From assembly GCF_028641065.1 (NCBI RefSeq), contig NC_073408.1, positions 10,974,001-11,038,000 on the forward strand: DNA of 64,000 bases, written 5' to 3'. The position numbers were made by a program, and so were the translations under genes. The DNA is from Leucoraja erinacea. Lineage: Eukaryota. Under the pieces are notes generated by a model. The model ran no database searches and was not told the origin of the DNA. It worked only from the letters and a program-made list of their open reading frames with translations. Below, in pieces: positions 57,366-64,000 of the stretch; the first letter of the stretch is position 1; every line of letters starts with the position of its first letter.

Positions 57366-59321
57366 CTGGAAAAGAGAGACAAGTGTTTGTCAAACTTGTT
57401 ACAGAGAAGAGATACATTAAGACAGAGCTCAGCGTAAGTCTGTGACTGAAACAAATGCTTTACAGAGGGAAGCAGAGCTCAGGAAACGGAAGGACATTTG
57501 GATCAGGAAATCTGTTCAGGTTAATTCAGTATGTTTATTGGGAAGAGAGGTTAGGATTCTCCCAATGTCTTTCATTTATTCTGTCCTTTCCTAATTGGTA
57601 CAATTTGAGAGGAAAATAAAGAGTGCAGTGAAGCACAATGATTTGAATGCTTTACATTATCTGATTGTGGAAAGGCATTCACATTGATTGGTAAAACTCT
57701 ACAAGTAGTTAGGTAATAATGTTTTAGAGAGATTACTGAGGGGATGATTAACACTGCAAAGGTTATATACTCTTAGGGTTTTGAAACTAAACTAGCAATT
57801 CAAAGTAAATGAATTAACTTGTGCCAGTGCCTGCATTCACAAATGCCATTCCTATAACTGTATCTGTATTAGTCAAGTCAAGTCAAGTCAAGTTTATTTG
57901 TCACATACACATACGAGATGTGCAGTGAAATGAAAGTGGCAATTATTAATATTTCCAGCTGAACCTATTCATATCATTCCCCTATTTGTACCTGAACTTT
58001 CCACCCATGGAGATAGAGAGGCTGCTGGTCTAACAAATCCATGAAGACTGGCCTAATGATATCAGCTTCTGAATTCATTTCGCACTGAAGAGCATTTACA
58101 TTTTAGTGGTTAAATAAATTTGGAATTAAAAATATAGGTGTTGTTACTGGTGAGTGGATTGTCATAAAGACCCAGCTGCTTCACTAATGTCCTTTTTGGT
58201 CCATAGTTGAGATCTCACTGACTTCTTTAATTAGCCTATCAACAATTAGGGATGAACAATAATGTTCATAATCTAGAAAATTGAAAGAACCTCTCACAAT
58301 GTTACAAAGTTACTGTTTACAATTTTTTTCCTGACTCTTTAATTCTTCCTGGGGTAAAGAGGTTGAACTTTTCCAATTGCCCCTAACAAATCCCCAATAC
58401 TCACTTGAGTTGCTGGCTGACTTCTGAGCTTTGAATCAGTTCTACACCATCCCTGGCTTCCTCGGCCAATTGGTTGATGTAATTCCAGAAGGCTTCATGA
58501 ACCTGATCTCTGTTGTACTCAGCACGACAGTCTATGAGAAAGAAAGAATGAGATAATCAGAATGGGAAGACGAGAGGAACTTTCCCTGCATCCACTCCTC
58601 ATATGTGCGGCAGGGTGGGGTAGTGGTAGAGCTGTTGCCTTACAACTCCAGAGGCCCGGATTTGATCCTGACTACAGGTGCTGTCTGCATGGAGTTTGTA
58701 CGTTCTCCCCATGACCTGCATGGGCTTTCTTCGGGTGCTCAGGTTTTCTCCCACATGCCAAAGATATACAGGTGTGCAGGTTAACTGACTTGGTATAATT
58801 GTAAATTGTGCCTACTTTGTGTAGGATATTGTTAGTGTGCGGGGATCGCTGGTCGGCGCGGACTCGGTTGGCCGAAGGCCCTGTTCCCGTGCTGTATCAC
58901 TAAACTAAACTAAACTAAAATTACACAACAGATGGGCCACAAGACTTCACCAGATCCTGGTGACCACCAGTTTTCTTTACTGGAAATACTGCTGCGTGAT
59001 TCAAGGGTAAAATCCCTTGTCTTTAAATATATGGAAACTGGGCTTAACACAAAATCAGAATGGAGAGGAAGCAAGCTTCACCCAGCAAACTAATGTTGGA
59101 AGAAAGAACAATGCATGGGGCTCCAAAAGTCTGATCTGAACTTAATTCATATCCATATAAGTAGCATGAAGATCTTCAAGAAAGAATGCTTGAAAATCAT
59201 AAATGATAACAAAATCCCAATCACAGTCTAAGTGCAAGAAAACAGGGAATGAGGAATATTTGAAGCTGATACCTTGGACCAAGACTGCGGCAACAAGCAG
59301 GAGGATTGTCTTCGGAAACAT
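56456..59321 (-). CDS. APOA4: Apolipoprotein A-IV, 361 aa (whole coding span)
   Basis: Coding exons 59321-59273 (49 nt, MFPKTILLLVAAVLVQ), 58531-58405 (127 nt, DCRAEYNRDQVHEAFWNYINQL...EVSQQLN) and 57365-56456. Proline-punctuated 22-mers (PFADE, PYTEE, PYAEE...). Exon sizes and N-terminus parallel human APOA4 as recalled. AATAAA at 56282-56277. Confidence 0.85.
58405..58531 (-). CDS. APOA4: ApoA-IV middle coding exon
   Basis: Acceptor ctttctttctcatag; donor AA|GTGAGT; FWNY motif. Confidence 0.9.
58612..58920 (+). mobile_element. HE1-like SINE in an ApoA-IV intron
   Basis: Same family as 42600-42925, with (CTAAA)n tail. Confidence 0.8.
59273..59321 (-). CDS. APOA4: ApoA-IV signal-peptide exon (whole exon 59363-59273)
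   Basis: ccaccATG Kozak; donor G|GTATCA, phase 1. Confidence 0.88.
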
Positions 59322-59932
59322 GGTGGAGTTCTCCAACGGTTTGCTTTCTCTTTTGCAGAAAACCTACATAAAAATAAAGGTCAGTTATTCCAGGGTTTAA
59401 ATTCTCATTGAAAACACGCTGTGCGTAATTGTCTCCTTCCAAACTCCATTAAAAAGAACACAAGAAAACAGAGCAGGAGTGGACCGCCTAGCCCTTGGAG
59501 CATGCCCTGCCATTAAGATTAAGGCTGACCTTCTGGGCATCATTTTACTATCCTCATATCGCCCAAATCGTTGAACATCCAGAAATCTATCCATCCCTAT
59601 TTTGAATTAACTTAATGACTGTGCTTCCACAGTGCTCCAAGGTAAAGAATTCCAAAGACTTCCAACCTCTAAGTGACAAAATCCTTTCTTTTCTCAGTCC
59701 TAAATGGCCCGGCCCTCATTCTGAAATTCTACCACCGATCCTAAAGATTTCAGCCTGGGAAAATATCCTCCCTGAATGCAGCCTGCCAAGCTGCAATTAT
59801 AGCCTGTAACATTACTGAAAATAGAAAATCCCACCGCTTTGCCTTGACCAGTTGCCTCAACACTCAGCGATCCACAGAGATAGTCGCTGGAAGGATAAGC
59901 AAGCAGGCAGCCTGGGTTGGAGCTCCTCTCAC

Positions 59933-59968
59933 CTGTCTCAGATCTGCTCCTCCTGAAGGTCTGTGTGT
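59933..59968 (-). other. APOA4: Putative non-coding exon 1 of ApoA-IV
   Basis: Donor CAG|GTGAGA at 59933/59932, about 55-60 nt downstream of a TATA-like TTTATATA (59996-59989). Confidence 0.6.
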
Positions 59969-59984
59969 CAGCCAACGCGCGCTC

Positions 59985-60180
59985 ACTCTATATAAAGGCA
60001 CCTTATCAGTGGCTGATAACAAACTGGCACACGTGTGTTCGATTCATGGACTTTCCCTGAATGCCAAGAGAACGTGGAGCTTCCAACAACACTGTCACTC
60101 TGAACTGCTGCCTTAAATATGACCAACTCAATCCCGAGAGGGCAAAATCCATTCAAGACTCAACTGAGTCCAAAGGCCAT
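59985..60180 (-). promoter_or_regulatory. ApoA-IV proximal promoter (TATA, paired GATA, E-box, HNF4/DR1 sites)
   Basis: TTATCA 60003 and TGATAA 60014; CACACGTGTG 60028-60037; TGGACTTTCCCT 60047-60058; AGGGCAAAATCCA 60139-60151; AGTCCAAAGGCCA 60167-60179. Confidence 0.7.
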
Positions 60181-61024
60181 GATTTATTACATCTATAACA
60201 TTTTGATTGCTCTATGGACTGACTATGAAGTGTTTTGAATGGAAACGTTTCCATTGGCAAGAACTTGGCAGTACCCAGAGGGTAGACACAAAACGCTGGA
60301 GTAAATCGACCCGAGACATCACCCATTCCTTCTCTCCAGAGATGCTGCCTGTCCCGCTGAGTTACCCCAGTATTATGTGTCTATCTTCGGTTTAAAGCAC
60401 CATCTGCAGTTCCTTCCCACACAGCACCCAGAGGATTTGAGGTAGTCGGCAAAGGAAGCAGAGGGGAGATGTGGGCATCATTACACAATGAGTAGCCATG
60501 ATCTGGAATGTGCCCTGACAGAGGGTGGAAGTAGACATAAATTCCCACCGTGAATTGGATGATAGGAAACAAATGGACCTGGGGAAAGAATATGGATGGA
60601 GGAATTAATTCCTTAAAACAGACATGATGAGTCCGAAGAGAGGTTCTGACCCGAAAGGTCACTTCGTTTTCTCCAGAGATGCTGTCTGACCCACTGAGTT
60701 ACTCCAGCATTTTGTGTCTGTATAAACTGCAGTTCCGTCCTACACATGATGAGCCAAACAATCCCCCACCTAAGAGGAAGGATTCTATTTTACCTCATTT
60801 GAGCTGTCGAAAATTTGCTAAGACCATCAAAACTATCCAGAGGTGTATGTTCACATAAGCCAAACCCTTATTCTTAAGGACACAGTGTTTTTGGTCATAA
60901 CATTTGCAGCATATGTAGAAATGACTGTACAAGGGTAATCATCACTAGAAGCCACTTCTTTATCATAGAGTCACAGAGACAGATAGCACAGAAACTAGCC
61001 CTTTAGCTCTCTGAATCCTTGCAG

Positions 61025-61335
61025 ATGGCAGCACGGTGGCATAGCGGTAGAGCTACTGCCTTACAGTGCCAGAAACCTGGGTCCGATCATGACGCCGGGT
61101 GCTTGCCCGTACGGAGTTTGTACGACCTCCCCGTGACCTGTGCGGGTTTTCCTCCAAAACCTTTGGTTTCCACCTACACTCCAAAGACATACAGGTTTAT
61201 AGTTTAAATGGTTTTGTATAAATGTTTAATGTAAAATTGTCCCCGGTGTGTGTAGGATAGTGTTAATGTGCGGGGATCGCAGGTCAGTGTGGACTCAGCG
61301 GGCCTGTTTCCGCGCTGCATCACTAAACTAAAAAG
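61025..61335 (+). mobile_element. HE1-like SINE
   Basis: A-box TGGCATAGCGG and the family body. Confidence 0.75.
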
Positions 61336-61976
61336 ATCATCATTGTACGCTAATCCTACCTTAATCTCATGTTTTTAATTCCCCCATTTTCTCATCAACC
61401 TTCCCCAGTTTCTACCACTCACCTACACACAACCTACCAACCTGCATGGTTTTGGGATAGGGAGGAAATTGGAGCACCTGGAAGTAACTCATGCGATCAC
61501 AGGGAGAATGTGCAAACTTTACACATACGCATGTGGCCCCTGCCGCATACAGGTAAGGCAGTAGCTCTGCTAGTAGCTCTGCTAGTTGTGCCACTGGCTG
61601 CTAGTACAATGTCAGGTGGCTCACACATCTTTGGGGTATTGGCAAGGCTGCAAAGACTACAGCAAGTGAGACTGAATGAGTTTGGGAAATCCACACACTA
61701 TTGCACTGAGTACAGAGTAAGTGAGCAGGGAATCATTACTACAAACGGTGCTTGAGGAGAATGGCAGGCTGTCTATATTGGAACATTAAACTATGATAAG
61801 ACAGGAAGTGTTTAATACGCATTTGAAGCAGATGGTGATGGCTTTTCTGAGTTAACAATATAATAAAGTATTGGGAGGAGGAAACAGCAAGCAGAATAAG
61901 TACATTTACTATACAGGAAAACTATTGTTTTAGCAGAAATAGATTTGAACACCTCTACATTGATACTTAGTCTTTT

Positions 61977-62231
61977 GATATCTCATAGGGTATTTGACAT
62001 CCTCGCTGAGGCAGTCAAATGTTTGGTGTCCACTTTAATACAATGCCCCAAATAATTGTCTAAAGCTATAAATCTGGTACTTGGATTCTAATTCCAAACG
62101 ATGATACGTCATAGGGTATTTCATGTCCTTCTCACTGAAGCCGTCAAATATTAGATTCCTACTTTAATCCAGTGCCCCCAATAATTGTCTAAAGCTGTAA
62201 ATCTGGTACCTGGAGTCAAAAGCCAAGAGAT
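61977..62231. repeat. Diverged ~126-bp tandem duplication
   Basis: Both units contain TCATAGGGTATTT...ACTTTAAT...TGCCCC.AATAATTGTCTAAAGCT.TAAATCTGGTAC. Confidence 0.8.
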
Positions 62232-63094
62232 GCAATTGACGACTAGATCATTGAATGGAAGAATCCGCACATCTCTGTAACTGTGGGATCCTCTGAGATT
62301 TAGCATTTGTAGACTTACACATAAGCACATTCAACCAAGGTTTTTACTACACTAGATGTCACATTTAATATAGTGCATTGGATTATTATTGCTATGAAAA
62401 AGGCATAAAAGAACCAAAGGGAGTTGTGTTCTGTGCAAGGTGCAAATATGAATGTATGTGGTGTATCTAAGCCAATCTGTGGGGCAGAGGAAGCATCTTC
62501 TCCATTGGGACAAGTTTACGCAAAAGCCAGGAAACCACATTAATGTTGTCAAGACAACCGTTCAGATCAAATGTACATTCAGGTTAAGCTCAATGCTTCA
62601 AATGCAACAACATGGGACACATTGTGCGAGTCTGCAAAGTTGAGGAAGTGATAAGGTGCCACATCAAATATTGTTGTGGAAAATAAAGGCTGATAGTAGA
62701 GTTGGTAACGTACTTGATTGAAGTCTGGCTTGTTCACAGACAGCTAGGCAACTCAGCAAAAATGGTCCTTTTCTGATTGGGGAGATAAAATGGTTAGTGT
62801 GTCACAGGAATTGGTGCTGCATAAATGACCTGCATAAAGGTATGGTGTTAAATTTGCTGATGACACAATGATAGATGGGATATATCATGTATCATTATAC
62901 TGATGGGATATGAGGAGCAGAGAGGTGACACATCATCCTGTGATTATTTATGACTACAGAAATGTCAATCTGATCTTCCAATAATTGAATTATTTGTCAC
63001 TGCCCTTTTTACCTTGACTCATGGGGCTGAGTCATTAATAGTGCTGTGAACTTGGCTCTGGGTTCACCTGCCTGAGAATCATTCAGTTCTCTGG

Positions 63095-63410
63095 TTTAGT
63101 TTTGTCTTAGTTAAGAGATACAGCATGGAAGCAGGCCCTTCGGCCCACCGAGTCCACACCGACCAGCGATCCTGACACATTAACCCATCTTACACACACT
63201 ATGGACAATTTTCCCTTATACCAAGCCAATTAACCTACAAACCTGTACGTCTTTGGAGTGGGGGAGTAAACCGAAGATCTCTGAGAAAACTCACGCAGTC
63301 ACGGGGAGAACGTGCAAACTCCGTACAGACAGCCCCCCCCTCAGTTGGGATCGAACCCGGGTCTCTGGCACAGCAAGCACTGTAAGGAGGCAACTCTATC
63401 GCTGTGCCAA
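63095..63410 (-). mobile_element. HE1-like SINE
   Basis: Reverse complement of the family sequence seen elsewhere in the window. Confidence 0.75.
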
Positions 63411-64000
63411 CTGTTGTTCAGAGTTGAACACCACTTTGAATCAATGCTGCATTCCGGGCAGGAACTCATTCTGCTGATCTCCCCAAGTCAAATTGAGTTA
63501 TTGACATTTGCAGTGAGGTACAATGAAAATCTGCTTGCAGCAGCATCGCAGGCACATAAACTCAACAAACACACAAAAATATAAATTACATATCAATTAG
63601 AATCACAGAGTCTTACAGTGTGGAAACAGGCCCTTTGGCCCAACTTGCCCACACCTGCCACATGTCCTATCTACACTAGTCCCACATGCCTGCATTTGGC
63701 CCATATCCCTCTAAACCTGTCCTATACATGTACCTGTCTTAATGTTTCTTAATTTTACTACATACAAATTCAACAAGATCATGAAAAGAAAATGATTGTA
63801 CATAAAACAGAACATTCGTGTAAGAATACACCATTAGAAAACGAGGAAGAATTAGGTACACAAAAATGCTGGAGAAACTCAGCGGGTGCAGCAGCATCTA
63901 TGGAGCGAAGGAAATAGGCAACGTTCCGTAAAGATTGCTGATTTTAGTTCATGACGCGGATAGATCTACATCTCCGAATACAGATTTGAAAAATTCTCTT

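Noticed and set aside
56765-57445. 226-aa plus-strand ORF (also 56321-56716)
   Set aside because: Antisense shadow of the repetitive ApoA-IV exon; no start context or splice support.
1-64000. CRISPR arrays, prokaryotic operons, rRNA or true tRNA genes
   Set aside because: The sequence is eukaryotic, the repeats are dispersed retroelements, and the tRNA-like boxes belong to SINE heads.

Overview
This is AT-rich, repeat-dense vertebrate DNA. The repeat content (CR1/HER1-type LINE 3' ends, HE1-like tRNA SINEs, Deu-domain SINE relics, Penelope-like tails) points to a cartilaginous fish, probably a skate or ray (inference). Gene models were built by hand from splice signals and phase continuity. 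(1) The first exon and CpG promoter of an unidentified minus-strand gene lie at about 5.4-5.6 kb. (2) A divergently transcribed 11-12 exon plus-strand gene (7869-25464) encodes an uncharacterised ~410-450 aa acidic helical protein. It has RFX X-box-like motifs in its promoter and two GC-AG introns. (3) A plus-strand gene with three coding exons (46105-51015) encodes a divergent 230-aa secreted apolipoprotein of the ApoA-I/A-IV/E family. It has a Cys near each end and an Asn-rich insert. (4) A convergent minus-strand apolipoprotein A-IV gene (59321-56456, 361 aa) has a 5'-UTR intron and an HNF4/GATA promoter. Intergenic DNA holds a decayed L1, Rex1, L2 and CR1 fragments, hAT and Harbinger MITEs, and two candidate liver/gut enhancers. 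It also holds many Penelope-like insertions carrying minimal hammerhead-ribozyme cores; four have 14-17 bp target-site duplications and several form long hairpins. No database searches were run.
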